This document shows positions 14,201-29,200 of a DNA stretch of 64,000 nt, piece by piece. The notes under the pieces were generated by a model. The model was not told the origin of the DNA. It saw only the letters and a program-made list of their open reading frames with translations, and searched no databases. Position 1 is the stretch's first letter; each line of letters starts with the position of its first letter. Both the position numbers and the translations under genes were made by a program. The DNA is from Antedon mediterranea (taxonomy: Eukaryota; Animalia; Echinodermata): assembly GCF_964355755.1 (NCBI RefSeq), contig NC_092676.1, forward strand, positions 27,608,871 to 27,672,870, read 5' to 3'.

Positions 14201-17200
14201 GGCACTAGGGGTTAATAAAGTATCAAAATATTTGCGGTCCAGATCGATTTGGATGTTGAAATTTCTATAGGCAGTCCATATATACCTGCTCTAACAAATT
14301 GTGCAATAAAAAGCCAAAGACGAAAATTTCCGTCTTTGGCGGTCTGGCGCTGGGCATCGAAAAACAGAGATTTCCGTCTTTGGCGGTGAAAGTGTTAAGA
14401 TACAGTAAAATCTTTCCACCTTCTGGACAGTTTCTTGTGAAATGAATGAGAGGCAATGTTTTAAGGCCACCCCATATCCAGGGAACATCCCTATCCAGGA
14501 GACATCCCTATCCAGGTGACATCCCTATCCAGGTGACATCCCTATCCAGGAGACATCCCTATCCAGGAGACACCCCTATCCAGGGAACATCCCTATCCAT
14601 GAGATGCCCCTATCCAGGGGAATTCCTATCCAGAGGAAACCCCTATTCAGGGGACATCCTTATCCAGGGGACACCCCTATCCAAGGGACGTCCCTATCCA
14701 GGAGACACCCTATCCAAGGAACAACCCTATTGGGAAGATATTTTTCTATTAGAATGAACAGTCAAATTTATATGCAATACAAATAAAAGGTCATTAATAA
14801 TAATATATTTCCCGGGTAGTAATTCGCTCTATCCTCAATTTTTACTAGGTAAAGTATAAATTTTATGTTTTGTTGTTTGTGGTAAGACATGGCTTCAACA
14901 ATTGTTGCAAAGGATTATTTTGTATTAATCACTTACCTATATATGGACATGATGATGTCATATTACTACTAATATATTTGGGCATATCATTACCATATAT
15001 GGGCACATGACACTAGTTTGATAATGTAGACAGAGCTTTAATTAGCATTCAGTCAGTGAAAAACAACAAAAGAAATATAACTGTAGAATCAAGGGGAATC
15101 ACCTGCAAGAAACAAACAGAGTTCCTAGAATGTTATTTATATTCCAAGTCCAATATGATTAATTGATTTAATCTTTTAGTTTTAGATTGGGGGAAGAAGA
15201 GTTGAGTGGATGCGTATGATTAATATATATTATATAACATTCGTTATCAAGTAGTTTCTTTTTTATTTTTTATCAGTAGGTGGTTTAATATAATCAAATT
15301 GATTTTCATATTTCATATTCAGAGAATATCAAATTATTGATTTGTAGATTCTGTTGTTTCTCATTTAACCTGCTATGACTTCATTATTTGTGTGTTGTGT
15401 GGCCGCTTAATCAAAAATGTTATTCTTTAGCAAGTGTGAAAGATGTATGGAGAAAAACTATAGAGTATGCCAAGCATAAAGACTTCAGTACAGCTAATGT
15501 TCCAGCTTTGTGGCTACTTATGGCCATACGTGGGACTTCGTGGCTACACGTGGGACTTCGTGGCTACTCATGGGACTTCTAGGCTACGCGTGGGACGTCA
15601 TGGCTATGCTGTGGCACTTTGTAAACTCAATAAAGTGTTTTTTCAAAATCTCCTGTTTGTTTTGCTGTGATCTCTGTTTTTTTATAGATGAAAATAATAA
15701 TTAAAAACAAAAATTGACAAAAAAAAAAAAATAATATAAGGATATTAGGTGTAATGATCTGTAGGTTATTATTAATAAAGGTATTGCCCTTTGAATCTCA
15801 GGATCAAATATTACAGTAATTTTTCTTGCTGATTATTTTCACTTAATGGCCGTAGGTCCTGTGTGCGTTATGTTTACGAAGAAAAATCCTCACAAATTAT
15901 TTAACAAACTCGTGTAGTATGAAGACTACAGTATGTATCTCACCTGGTAGAGTGGTGATTCATGTCTACACCAGATATTAAGCTCTGTCCACACTATCAC
16001 ACCAGTTTGACAAAGAAGTGTTATGTGCCAAAATACGGTAGTGATAAGATTATATATGATAGTGATATGACATTATCCTGTCCATATATGAGCTCGTCAC
16101 ATTTTTTTTGTCGCATAAAGTTTGATAGTGTAGACAGAGCTTAACGCTTGTGATGTTTTAAATTGGCTCAGATTTGACATTTGACAAAATTGGACTTCGG
16201 TTTAATTTAATCTCTGGGTACTCGGTTCAAATCTTATCAGATGCTATTTTTTTCTCACATAGATCTTCAACTTCACTCCCAAAGACTAGTTCTAATACTG
16301 TACTTTGTTTGTGTAGCACATCTTGTGTTTATTTGTTCTGGGAAACTCGCTGAACTTTTACTATTGGTAATGAGAGTGTATGCCTACTGTAGATTCCTCA
16401 TGAGGCTCCAACTTATAGTTAATTTTGGTTAAATTATACCTAATTTACACCTACCCAGATTTAGTTCTTTGGTATTTAGTATCTTGAAAATTCACCCATT
16501 TTGTCTAATAGTAGTTAACCATGAAAAACAAGGCAAACCAGACAGTAACTGGCTAGATTGAAAAGATTCTAAATATGTTCTTCACATATCTCAAATAACT
16601 TATTATGTTGGATGTGACTTTGAATCTTTAATCCCTCAATTTCCATTCTTGCACTTCAATAAACCAAGATGATCAACATTAATTAAAGGGGTCTTCACGG
16701 GTTTATGAATTAATTTTTGTTTTTTTAAACACAGCTGAATTATGTCAAATTTACAATGGTTTTAACTTTGTTATGCTAGTCTTTGTAGTAAAACATATAA
16801 TATTTTGTTTCTTCACCAGTGTTGTGTTCTAAAGCTCTGTCTATAACTATCAAACTTTATGTGACAAAAAAATGTGATGTGCCCTTATATGGACATGATG
16901 TCATGCCACTACCATATTTGAGCATATCACTACCATATTTGGGCATATCACTACCATATTTGGGCATATCACTACCATATTTGGGCATATCACACTTTTT
17001 GTCAACCTAGTTTGATAGTGTAGACAGAGCTTTAGAGTAACATATGACCTCGTACTAGTAGGAAAACAAATAGGCATTACATCATCATCTGTGTTCACCT
17101 GAAATATGGAATCTAGAAAACATATGCTTGCATGAAATTGATATTTGGTAAATGCATTAAATATTTACCAGTACTTTCATGGAAATAGTCATTCTGGGAT

Positions 17201-20200
17201 GGAGGTGGGTTAGTGAATGACCCAGTTTATTTCCTTCCTTTCAACTTTAATTTCAATCATCTACCCTTTTTGTTTGATCAATAACTTCCTTGTACTACAG
17301 TAAAGTTCAAAATGTACCATACTATTACATGTTTTTAATTTATTCCGTTAAATACGGTAAAGTGATTAGAAATCCATGACATTTTTCCGATGAGAAAACC
17401 TCAATATTTCCATAGATATTAGCTTTAAATATCTAAATGTTTGGGACCATGGTCCCAATTCTGGACCACTTTTTGAGTATACTTTTCAGACCTGAGTGTT
17501 AAAAGATAGGACAGAATTTGTCAAAAGCCGACGAGCAGTCTTAAAGTAACAAGTAAACTGAAATTGCATTTTCTCGAGAACTACTTGTCCAAAAAACATC
17601 ATTTTTGTACAAGAGGCAAGAGTTATAATTTGTGATTTGTAATTTTAAAACATAATTTGATTTAATGTGCACGTTTTTTGATGCTAGTAGTTTAAAAAAC
17701 CTATTTCTTTTCAAATTCACTCGTTTGATTTTCTCGTTGCTGTTCTATTGTTAGTCAATTAAAGCTATAATACATGCTTGTAGTGAAATTAGCCTCAATC
17801 ACAAACAGCATTAAGACACACACAAATATATAGGCCTATATATATTTTTTTTTAACCTTAGAAATCTTATGTTGGAGAATTTTACAGTAGGCGGAGGTAT
17901 GCACTCTCGGAGTGGCTTTCTAGTTTTAATAGTGATGATGATCATGGGAAACCATGCTATAATTATTCAAATGATTGTATCTTTAGGGGTCTGTTCACAC
18001 CTGAAATAATTAACTAATTATTATATGGAGCAGACTGAAGGCAAACTAATGCACCGACCTCATTTTAGTAATCTTAAGCTCTATCTACACTATTAAACTA
18101 GTTTGACAAAAGAAGTTTGATAGTGCCTAAATATGGTAGTGATATGCTTAAAATGGTAGTTGTATGACATCATCATGTCCATATTGGCACATTTTTAGTC
18201 ACATAAAGTTTGATAGTGTAGACAGAACTTTAGTATCTTTTCTTAACAAAATTTAGAGCTGCAATATTTTATCAAAACTTGCTACTGCAAGTCTTTAAAT
18301 ATGTTTGGAAAAAAAAAAGGTATAATTTATTTTGCGAAAACGTAAAAAATGTTCTCTCAAAATCACAGACAGTATACAGTAGTATAAGCAAAGAAATAAT
18401 TGATACTATGTGTACACTGGAGACCCAAGGCAATAATCCTTTTTAAAGCTCTGTCTAAACTATTTCATTTCATTCACATTTATCAAACTAGTTTTACCAA
18501 AAAAAATGTGATGTGCTTAAATATGGTTGGTAATGATATGCTTAAATATGGTAGTAGTGATATGCTTAAATACGGTAGTGATATGCTTAAATACGGTAGT
18601 GATATGCCTAAATACGATAGTGATGCTTAAATACGATAGTGGTATGACATCATCATGTCCATATATGGGCGCATCACATTTTTTGGTCACATAAAGTTTG
18701 ATAGTGTAGACAAGATTAGATTTAGTCTGCTATTGTTGCTCAAAAAGTGGCCTTTAGTATACGGTAGTATAGAGAAAAACTTATAAATAAGTTTTATCAA
18801 ATTATCTAACACCATTTTTCCCGTTCTCATGAGTGGAAATGAAAGGGTAAAATTGTTTATTATCTCTTATCCACTTGACACTAAACTAGGCTAAGTTCAA
18901 ACATGCAAAACTATAAAACCCTTTCTTTCTGTGATATTATCGTCAAATAAATCATTTATATATTCAATACATAAATTCTATGAATAAATGGTTGATTCAT
19001 AAACACTGTTTGCACTAACGAGAGAAAACTAGCCGATTAAAGCTCTGTCTACACTATCAAACTAGTTTGACAAAAAAAGTGTGTCCAAATATTGTAGTGA
19101 TGACATCATCATGTCCATATATGGGCACATCACATTTTTTTTGTCACATAAAGTTTGATAGTTTAGACAAAAGCTTAATATAGTTTTGATATAAATGTAT
19201 TTGATTGTCATAAAGTGAACTTTACCTTGCTTGTGTAATAAGCATCAATGTTGGTTTGTTAAGATTGTTTACATTATCACATGCATGATACATGCAAGAT
19301 TGGTAATATTGTGCTGTACAGTTATTCTGTGAACCAGTTCACCGGGATAACCCCCTACTCTTTTTCGAATAATGAACTGGGTTCTTTAAAGTACACACAG
19401 GTTATAACTTTGTACACTGGACCTACGGTTTATAGTCCTTATCCGAGAAGACTTGTTCCACCACCAGAACTAGGAGCGAGTCGGCCTCGAACCCTTGCCG
19501 ATGTTGTTGGCTCTTTAGGTACGGTAAACGGCGCCCCTGCCTTAACCGCTCGGCCATATGACTCAAGCATGTTAATGGTATAGATTTATCCACAGCAAAG
19601 TCTAACGACATGGTTTGTTTTCATATAATTTCTTTCTGATTTGATCAGTCAGAAGGTTTACCGTAACTCAAACAATCACAGTAGGTTGTATTTTCGGAAT
19701 TCTCACAAAAAAACCAGGCAAATGTACTGGGCCACAGAAACCCTGATTGGAAAAAAATGAATAGTTGATTAGCTGTTAATAAACAATAAACTGTTAGCAT
19801 TCCTGATCCACTAGTATCAACAGTCCTTTTAAGCTCTGTCTAAATTATCTAATTTGACAAAAAGTTTCCAAATATGGTAGTGATATGATGTCATCATATC
19901 CATATATGGGCACATTTCATTCATTTATTTGACCAATACACAGATACATCACATTTTGTTGTCGCAAAAACTGTGATAGTGTAGACAGAGCTTTAAATTA
20001 CCTACCAGTCAGAGGACATTGCAGCCCATTGTCAAATCTGTACACAGTTGGAATTACAGCCCATCATTATGAATTAAAATAATAAAAATAATTTAAAAGC
20101 CTGATTTAAAGAGCATCATTAAAAATGTAAAAAAATAAAATAAAATGTTATCTTTTGTTTATTTGTGTAGAAGGCTTCCGACCTAGCTGACACAGAGACT

Positions 20201-23200
20201 GGAAATCTACAAATAGTGCACTCAAGCCCACAGATCACTCTCATGATGTGGGGAAACTTGACCAAGAACCCAAGGTACTACATATTCTTATTTATTTAAT
20301 ATACTTATATATTTATCTTATATTTTCAATTCAAGTGTCCTTGGCCATGTTGTCAATTACAATTGTCAACATTATTCTGTCGCTAATTATTGCTATGCCT
20401 ACAGTAATATTGTAATGTTAATCGTTTGTGTGTACTTTTTTATGTTCCATTTCAACACAGACTCAATGGTTTCTTGGCATACGTGCCTAAATAAAATCCA
20501 CAGAACATAAGGTTTAACGTTCGTATGAGAATGACCCCAAGGTTTTTAATTACCTAATGGAGCATAATTTTATTTCATTTTCATATGATAAATCAAGTCA
20601 TTGGCAATTGAAACAAATTTAAAAGAATGTTATTAGATTTTTAAAAATAGGTTTTCACCGAGACACATTAATTATTTCCTTCATTAAAATTTCCATGGTT
20701 TAATAATGAGTATGAAACGGGACGATGAATGCGTAATGACGCTTATTAACGCACAGTCGTGTTTAAAACGTTGATTTACGTGTCATACACCAGTAAGCAT
20801 CATTAGTATTACCAGCCATTTAACTATAAAAAATGTACTGAAACTAATTTGAATAATATCATGATAATATAATAAGATTGTATTTGTTATCTGAGGCACC
20901 TTGAAGCTAGTGAGGTGAGGTGCCTCTGTGCAAAATATTAAATAAAAAAGAAATATTATTATAAATTGTGTACACTTCACAGGTTCAAGGCATTTGAATT
21001 TGAAGGTGAAAAACAGGGTTTTGAGTTGCCAAAGCACTTTGCGCTATCTGACGTGGCTGTACGAATGATCAAGACAAAATATGACCACTACTCGCATCAT
21101 TGTAAAACTTACCAACTAAAGAAAAAAAAAGCGCCACCAATTGTAGAAGTGAAGGAGGAAGAGAAGATAGAGGATGATTTAAAAGAGGGCGCACCAGATA
21201 CGGAAGAAAATACAGAGGTTTGTGTGATACTATAATTAGAAACTCAACCTAAACCAAACCTTAGAATCCGAAGTTAAAAGGACCCAAATTTATTATGTTA
21301 TTGAAAAATACATTGTAAACACATAAGACTTAAGCCCTGTCTATAATATCAAACTAGTTTGACAAAAAAAAGCATGATTGTGCCAAAATATGGTAGTGCT
21401 ATGACATCATCATGTCCATATATGGGCACATCACATTTTTGACACATAATATCACATCACATAAATCACATAAAGTTTGATAGTGTAGACAGAGCTTAAT
21501 ATTAGTGATTTTTCCATAATCAACTGTTATAGGGTTTGGAAGAAAATGAAAATATAAATAAAGAAGAAAATAATGAAGTGAATGAGGAAGAAAACAAGGA
21601 AAAGGAAAGTGCAACACCAGCTCCAGAGGCAACACCACAAGAGGAGGAGGAACCAAAGGTTGATCAAGAAGGTTAGTTTTGAAAACTAAACCCCAACACC
21701 AATGTCAGTGGCTGGATCTCAATGGATTTGCACAGTAAAATAAGCAAAAAATACTAAACAAATAACGTAGAATAGATTGTTATCCTGATTACCCTTTAAA
21801 AATTAAATTTAATTAATAATCTGAAAAAAATAATAATATGTGTACAAAGCGTATAAATTAATAATTGACAGAAGATATTACTAATAAAGTATGAAATTTT
21901 AAAAATAGAAGTAAAATAAAATTAGTTTTATTTGTAAAATCACTGGATTGGAACAAAGCGGTGAATATTCAGACGGTGGTTAGAGGAGTAGTCGCGTGTC
22001 TGTTGACCTGGTGTTAATAGAAGGGGCGTTTGCGTGAGAGCAACTTTACCAACTACATCCTACCATCAGTTGCTGACCCTTTTAAAATGACCTGTGTGGG
22101 TTCTCCACCAACCCTCGTGCACCTGTGCCTCTCTATCAAACTATTTAGCAAAGGAGTGAATAAAATTTCTCCTTTTTTGTTGCCGTCTTTACATAAACAC
22201 AGTTGCAGCTGTTAAAAATTATCAATTTGAACGATTTTTGTACAGGTTTTCGCTTTCTGACAGCCGGTCACTTTTTACAAACCAAATTAAATTATATTAA
22301 ATAGATGAACATTTGCAAACTAAATTGTATAACAACATTTAGATAAATGGCCAAGGACGCCGCCGCTGTCAACAGGAAAGAAAAATCTATCTCTCAATAT
22401 TTTTTGTGGCTTGCACTCGATCTTATTGAATTTTCTTTATCTAACACTTAAACAGAAATTCCACTCCCAATGCAGATTATGCAATGCTTATTGTAAACAC
22501 CTTTACGATCTTTATTGGTAATCTATAAGTGTATTAAAATGTTGATAGTTTGATGCATTGACATTTAAACTCTTGGGGGAACTATGGGGGAAACACATTG
22601 TGTTTCTTTGTATATATTCGTTTTTTAAATTAGAATGTAGTGTCATAATAAAGATGTAAATATTGTCCCAAAAACCTAAAAAATAAAAAAGAATAATAAA
22701 ATCCGTCTTTGATAGGCCATTTTGCCAAGTTTATTCACTTCTGTAGAAAAAACAAACAAACAAAAAAATGATTTGACAAAAACATATAATTAAATTTAAC
22801 CAGAATTTGACTATTTCTAAAATTAAAATTTTCTGATTCATTTTTAAAATAGATATGTGACATATGGCATTATTTAACAAGGATTTTTAACTAATAATTT
22901 GTTCAGGGGGACAATATATATTTGCTATCAATTCTGTTGATTCCTAACTATGATATGTTTTGGTTTAAAAAACATAGGGAATTACAGTACCGTTTTCCAC
23001 CTGGATATACCCATATCTATAAATTCCCTGTTTTGAAATGATTGCTATGAAGTAACAAAGGTTGAAAAGTTATGACTTTACAATTGTCATGTCTAATATT
23101 TGATATATCATATTTCAATTTTTATTTAAAAAAAAAGTCCTACCTGTCAAAAAAATTACAACAGTTGCTAATATTTTATGGTGAATCACTTTCAGACACT

Positions 23201-26200
23201 GATTTATGAAATTTTTTCATTTTTCTTTGACCTGTTGCATATATTGGTGGAATAGTTTTTTTGTGTCAAGTTTTACAAAATTATTTATAATATAAAGCTT
23301 GTTTCATTGTAATTTTCAAAGTTTTAAACATCTCAAACGTACTAGGTAATATTTCACCGGGCAGTTTACATTTTCTTCTGTTCCTATGATTTTAAATTGC
23401 TTGAATTCTGGTATTGGTAATTCAGTCAATTAATTTGGTAATTTTTTCTGTGGATTCAATCTTGGTGTGAACATAGCTTTATTGGTGTACATGTGATGAT
23501 TGATCTAATCTTAGTGTAAACGCAGCCTTATTGGTGTACAGCTGATGATGGAGGAGAGACTTTCTATCCTATTTATTCCATGCGATTTTCACCCCTATCA
23601 TTTATCTAAAGAAGACTTGTGTTAACTTTATACTGTAAAAGAGTTGCATCTCTTTAATAATTGTTTTAATTTTCTGGATCCAAACTAGTCTAAGAATGTA
23701 TTTATTATAACGTTATTTCTCAAACCATCTGTTTAACAGTATTGTTTTAATCCGTTATGTAAAGAAAATTTTTTAGAAATGTGATCATTATTATATTTAG
23801 GTGATGCTGTAGAAGAAGAGAAGAAAGAAGATGAGGAGGAAGATGAGGATGAATATGATGAGGATGAGGAAGAGGACGAAGACGTAGTTATCTTGAGGGC
23901 GTATCAAGTGCTAGGTGGGGTCATGACCTTTGAGATACTTGACCTCCCACCGCAGCCGAAGACGGTTAAAAACTGGATTATGACACAAGGTGACATGACA
24001 CAAAAACACTTTATATTTATGTTACAAAAATCTGTATATAGTTGTTAATTGGTTAGATGTTTGCCCTGCTCTGACGTAATTTTGTAAATTCGCATGTAAT
24101 TCTCGGGTAAGACTCGAACCCATGACCTCCAGATTTTAAATTCTACTTTTTGTTATGCTTACCCTCTTCCCCCCCCCCCCCCCCCCTTACGGTGCCCTGC
24201 CACATATTCCTCTAAGTTATCTTTTTGTTATGCTTACCCTCTCCCCCCTTACGGTGCCCTGCCACATATTCCTCTAAGTTATCTTTTTGTTATGCTTACC
24301 CTCTCCCCCCTTGCGGTGCCCTGCCACATATTCCTCTAAGTTATCTTTTTGTTATGCTTACCCTCTCCCCCCTTACGGTGCCCTGCCACATATTCCTCTA
24401 AGTTATCTTTTTGTTATGCTTACCCTCTCCCCCCTTACGGTGCCCTGCCACATATTCCTCTAAGTTATCTTTTTTTTATGCTTACCCTCTCCCCCTTTAC
24501 GGTGCCCTGCCACATATTCCTCTAAGTTATCTTTAATGCTAATGTATTTTATTGTTTTTGTGCTTTTTATTGTGCTGAAAAAAATGAAAATGACTTTTTC
24601 TTTTTGCATTGGCAGTTGCTAGTGATGAGTTAAAGTTTGTTCAGTATCCCAGTAATAGTGACTCCAAGTTGAATGGTACCTTATCCGGAACACTTCCTAT
24701 GGGCCAGACACTTGACCCCAAAGCAATGGCAGGTGCCGAGATGTTGGGTGCACCTCCCATAGGTGTTACATTAAGGTATGTAATGATGATATGCAGAGAA
24801 ACTCTTTTTTTTTTAACGGTAGACCCTATTAAAGAAACTCTTAATATGTGTATCCCCTGAAACAGATTTGGGCTTAGTGTATATCACCTCATCTCATGTT
24901 CATTTTACAAGAAAGTTTACCCTTTATATTAAGGGTGTCCCTTAAATATGGGTTGGCCATTGCGTTAAAACACATATTGCCTCTTGTTCCTTTCCAAAAA
25001 AAGTGTCCCATTAATAGAAGTGTCGAAAGCCTAAGGTCTGTCTACACTATCAATCTAGTTTGACCAAAAAAAATGTGATGTTCCCAAATATGGTAGTGAT
25101 GTGCCCAATTATGGTAGTGATATGACATCATCATGTCCGTATATAGGCACATCACATTTTTTTGTGACACAAAGTTTGATAGTTTAGACAAGGCTTAAAG
25201 GAAGATTATTCCAGAAGAAACTAAATTAAAGGCACTTGCATATAAGTCATTATAGTTAAGTGACAAAACAGTGTAAATGCTGACACACACTATGTTCTTA
25301 TCTCTGCTGCACAATGTTAAGTCCAAACAGGACAATTTTAGTGACATTGTTTTTTTTAAAACCAGACATACGTGTCACCTTAAAGGGTAGAGCAATCCGA
25401 TAGGCGGCATCTGGTCATTTTTAAATGTGTTGTTAAAATTTGCCTCATTACCGGACTGTCATTATTTTTTATATATCCTGTCATACTGACCTCAAAATGA
25501 TCTCAACAACGTGGGAATCCACTATATTGGTGAGAGAGTATACTAGTATTAATGCCAAAAAAGTTTATATATTGTTTATCTGATAAAAACCAGGAACTTT
25601 AGGAAAAATATGCACACAAGGATGCCACAACAGATCCAGTTATTAATAAAATAAACCTCCTAAACTCGATAGGTTTATTTGTCCATATACCAAAAGAATA
25701 AAATCTGAATGCTTATTAAATCGTAGTACTCTCTTATTTTTGTAGACTGCCAGATGATGTTCTTTACAGTGAGGAACCACAAGTTGCGTACTGGTGTCCG
25801 GAGGGCAAGCATTGGCGACTAGATGGCTCTATAGATATTAAATATGATGAAGGTATATAGAATAATAAATCTTAATAAATAATAAAGTCGATTTTCCATT
25901 AGCCGAATTTGTTTGGGCGGATTGAAATGCCTATATGCATGCGTAGTCATGTTTCTATCTTCCAAATCCCTCTCTGCGCTTTTGATTCGCGCAAACAAAT
26001 TCAGCCAGTGGAAAATGGCTCTAAGATAACGGTCAATAAGCTAATGAAGGAGTAATGGAAATAAAGCTATAACTTCTTTGATTCCAGTGACCCTTACTAT
26101 GTTATAAAAAATTGTATAAAAAAAAGGGATATCAACCTAACATGACCTTAACATGACCTAACATGACCTTAACATGGTTTACAGTAGAACTATACAGATT

Positions 26201-29200
26201 TATGTTAATAATTTTTATCAAAACTGCGAACAAATGAAGAACATGTCTTTATCGCTGTACCACACCAGCGCCCTTACGTCAAACTACAAATTTTTAGGCG
26301 CAAAAAAAACCCAAATGACTAAAAGGTTAAGTCTAAAAGATTACGGTTACTTTAGATCAAATACTTACTATTGGAACCTAGTACATTATCCCAAACACTC
26401 TTCCTTTGGGACTGACCCCGGAATTCACGGGATGGGTGCCCCATTTATGTGTATAATTGGGATAATAACACGGTTTACAAGTGACCGACCTGTGTAACTG
26501 TTATCAGACAAATTACCTAACGAGATCATGTCAGAATCATTTATCGTACCGCTTGCACTGACCTTCTAAAATAGTTAAAGAAATCTATCAAGTCTAAAAT
26601 GTCATGCATTTCACGTAAATTGAATGCGACGCCAATGATTCTACAACTTATCCCAGTTTTACAGAAACCCTTTAAACAGTGATTATTAATGCGTAATTAT
26701 CTTCCCATATCATTAGTGTCTTTAAAAAAATAAAACATAAAATTAGTTATAGGTTGTGTGTCAGTGTCAATTTCTATGTACTTTGAATGGATTTAATCAT
26801 TGACTATTAAATATTTTTCATGTTATAATTTCTTAATTTTGCAAAAAACTAAAGTTTGATATGTTAATATTTTAATACATACTGAGTGCAGTTTATCTTA
26901 ATTTTACTATGCTGTTGAAAGTTTGGCAACATTATTCACGACATCACCTTTAACAGTTCGGTGTCAATCAAGAACAAAAGTTGTAAAAGCTCTCGAAAAA
27001 AATACGTAAAAGCAGCAGCTGATATAAACTACCTAAAAAACTGCAAAATGTTTTTCCGTAATGTTTAATACATACTATTTTTATGTGTTACCAGGTTATG
27101 GAAAATGAAATATCAAAATCCTAAAGCATTTTCTGGTACATTTATGCGTCTTTACAGAGTATAATCTGTTGTCTTTACAGAGAATAAAATGTTGTCTTTA
27201 CAGAGAATAACATGTTGTCTTTACAGAGTAAAAAATGTTGTCTTTACAGAGAATAACATGTTGTCTTTCAAGACCATCAAGAGCGGGCCATTTGCATGCA
27301 TCCAGGACCGTCACATCAACATGCCATTCCAATCCTGGGAGCTACAACCATTAGGACTCAATCATGCCAAGCTTACAATCATTGCTGCTATTATTGAGGC
27401 TGAGATTGAAATCAAGGTGAGTCATACAGGTGGCCTTCTTAAAGGACCACTTGTGTGTAGATTAGGCTGTTAGCTATTATTGAGGTCGGGATTGAAATCA
27501 AGGTGAGGAATACAGGTGGCCAACTTACAAGGACCACCTGTATGTTGATTAGGGTGTTAGCTATTATTGAGGTCGGGATTGAAATCAAGGTGAGGAATAC
27601 AGGTGGCCAACTTACAAGGACCACCTGTATGTTGATTAGGGTGTTAGCTTTTATTGAGGTCGGGATTGAGATCAAGGTGAGGAATACAGGTGGTTTTAAT
27701 ACGTTTGTGTTTTTTCTTAAAAGGGAGAAGTTTGTTGTTTCCGTCAAACACCAGATACTGATCCTAAACCGCAACTTGAGTTTCTGCAAAACAAGTGGAT
27801 GTCACCGCAAAAGCTTATTGAGGTACTGTCGTAAAAAGTTATTGTTACATTAAAACACGTATTAACTATTGCTATTAGGTTGAGTGTGTGTCAGATTCTT
27901 CCATCCAACTGGTATATTTCAACCTCATAACCATCTTTGGCATGCCACTCCCTTCCACTGTGCCCTCCCCCTTTATGCTTTAACACAATATACATTAATT
28001 ATTTTCTTTCAGGCTATGTTTAATGTTGGTATTAATCTATTCCCAGAACCAGATTCAAAGAAATATGTTAGCGTTCAGGAAAAGGTAATTTTTTATATGA
28101 CATTTGAAAAAGTCTGAGGGCCTAGAAATGTTCAAATGTCCTACCTTTTGCATTTAATAATCATAGTATTTATCCAGCATGTTATATCAAGCACAATCTT
28201 GCCATGAGGAAGCAATAGGTATAGGCCTAAACAGATTTAACTCCTCTTGTTCCAATGTTAATAATTTATAAACCATTGTAATGGGGCTGCCACTACCAGC
28301 CCCTCCCCTTGCATTAACCTATGTGTATTCGGTCAAAATGGAGGTAATAACACTGCTAAGATGACAAAGGTACACTGATTGCTTAATTAAAAGTGTGTTT
28401 TAAGCTATCAGACTTTATGTGACAAAATGTGGACATGATGATGTCATATCACTACCATATTTGGGTATATTACTACAGTACTATATTTAGGCACATTTGA
28501 TAGTGTAGACAGAGCTTTAGGAGTAAAAGGTTTCAAATCATCATCAGGTATGCAAGCTGGTTATCAGTGTATTCATTTCATGCTTCATTAATTTTCAATT
28601 CAATATCTTCAAAACAAATAATCAATGTAGTTCACACACTGGACTGTCAGATAAACAGTGGAGTATTGTAGTTAATTAGGCATAGCTTGTTAGCAAGGAC
28701 ATATCTATCAAAACTATATCAAAAACATTTCAATCATGAATAGCACTGTATTGGTCTATCCATTGAGGACATATGTAGATATAAAATGAATGGCTAGTGT
28801 TGCCCGAACGTTAATGCTAATTTTTTTGGCTGTTGAGAGATATTCATCCATTTCTCGGTTCTGTATCAAAATTTGTCCCGTATCGAAAGCAAATTATGTT
28901 ATACAGCATATCATAGACTCTTTCATGATACGGCCACATGTGATAGACATGGGATTCTGTATTAAAGGATTTGCCTATGATACTAGTGTAATATTGTTTT
29001 AATGTGGAGATACAGCACTGAAAATTAGCTGATATATTATAATGAGTATGAGAGAAGACAGTTTGTGGTACAGTACCAGATTTGATCAGGAGTTAAAAAC
29101 CAAGATTTAAAAAAAATGTTTTCTTTTAATTTTACTAGGATTTTGAGAACGAGGTTGCTACCTACCGCCAGATGGCACTGACTGCCTCATACTTTACATA

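Noticed and set aside
14446-14786. Pro/Gly-repeat ORFs
   Set aside because: Minisatellite translation.
20168-20173. NAGNAG acceptor tagAAG
   Set aside because: Real but commonplace; changes at most one Lys.
23542-23609. Possible extra DNAI7 exon after tacag (ADDGGETFYP...)
   Set aside because: Hits a stop, has no donor, and the acceptor comes from a small 49-bp duplication.
27439-27853. Two 116-aa ORFs
   Set aside because: Read-through of the 87-bp repeat; the real exon 27724-27822 is in another frame.
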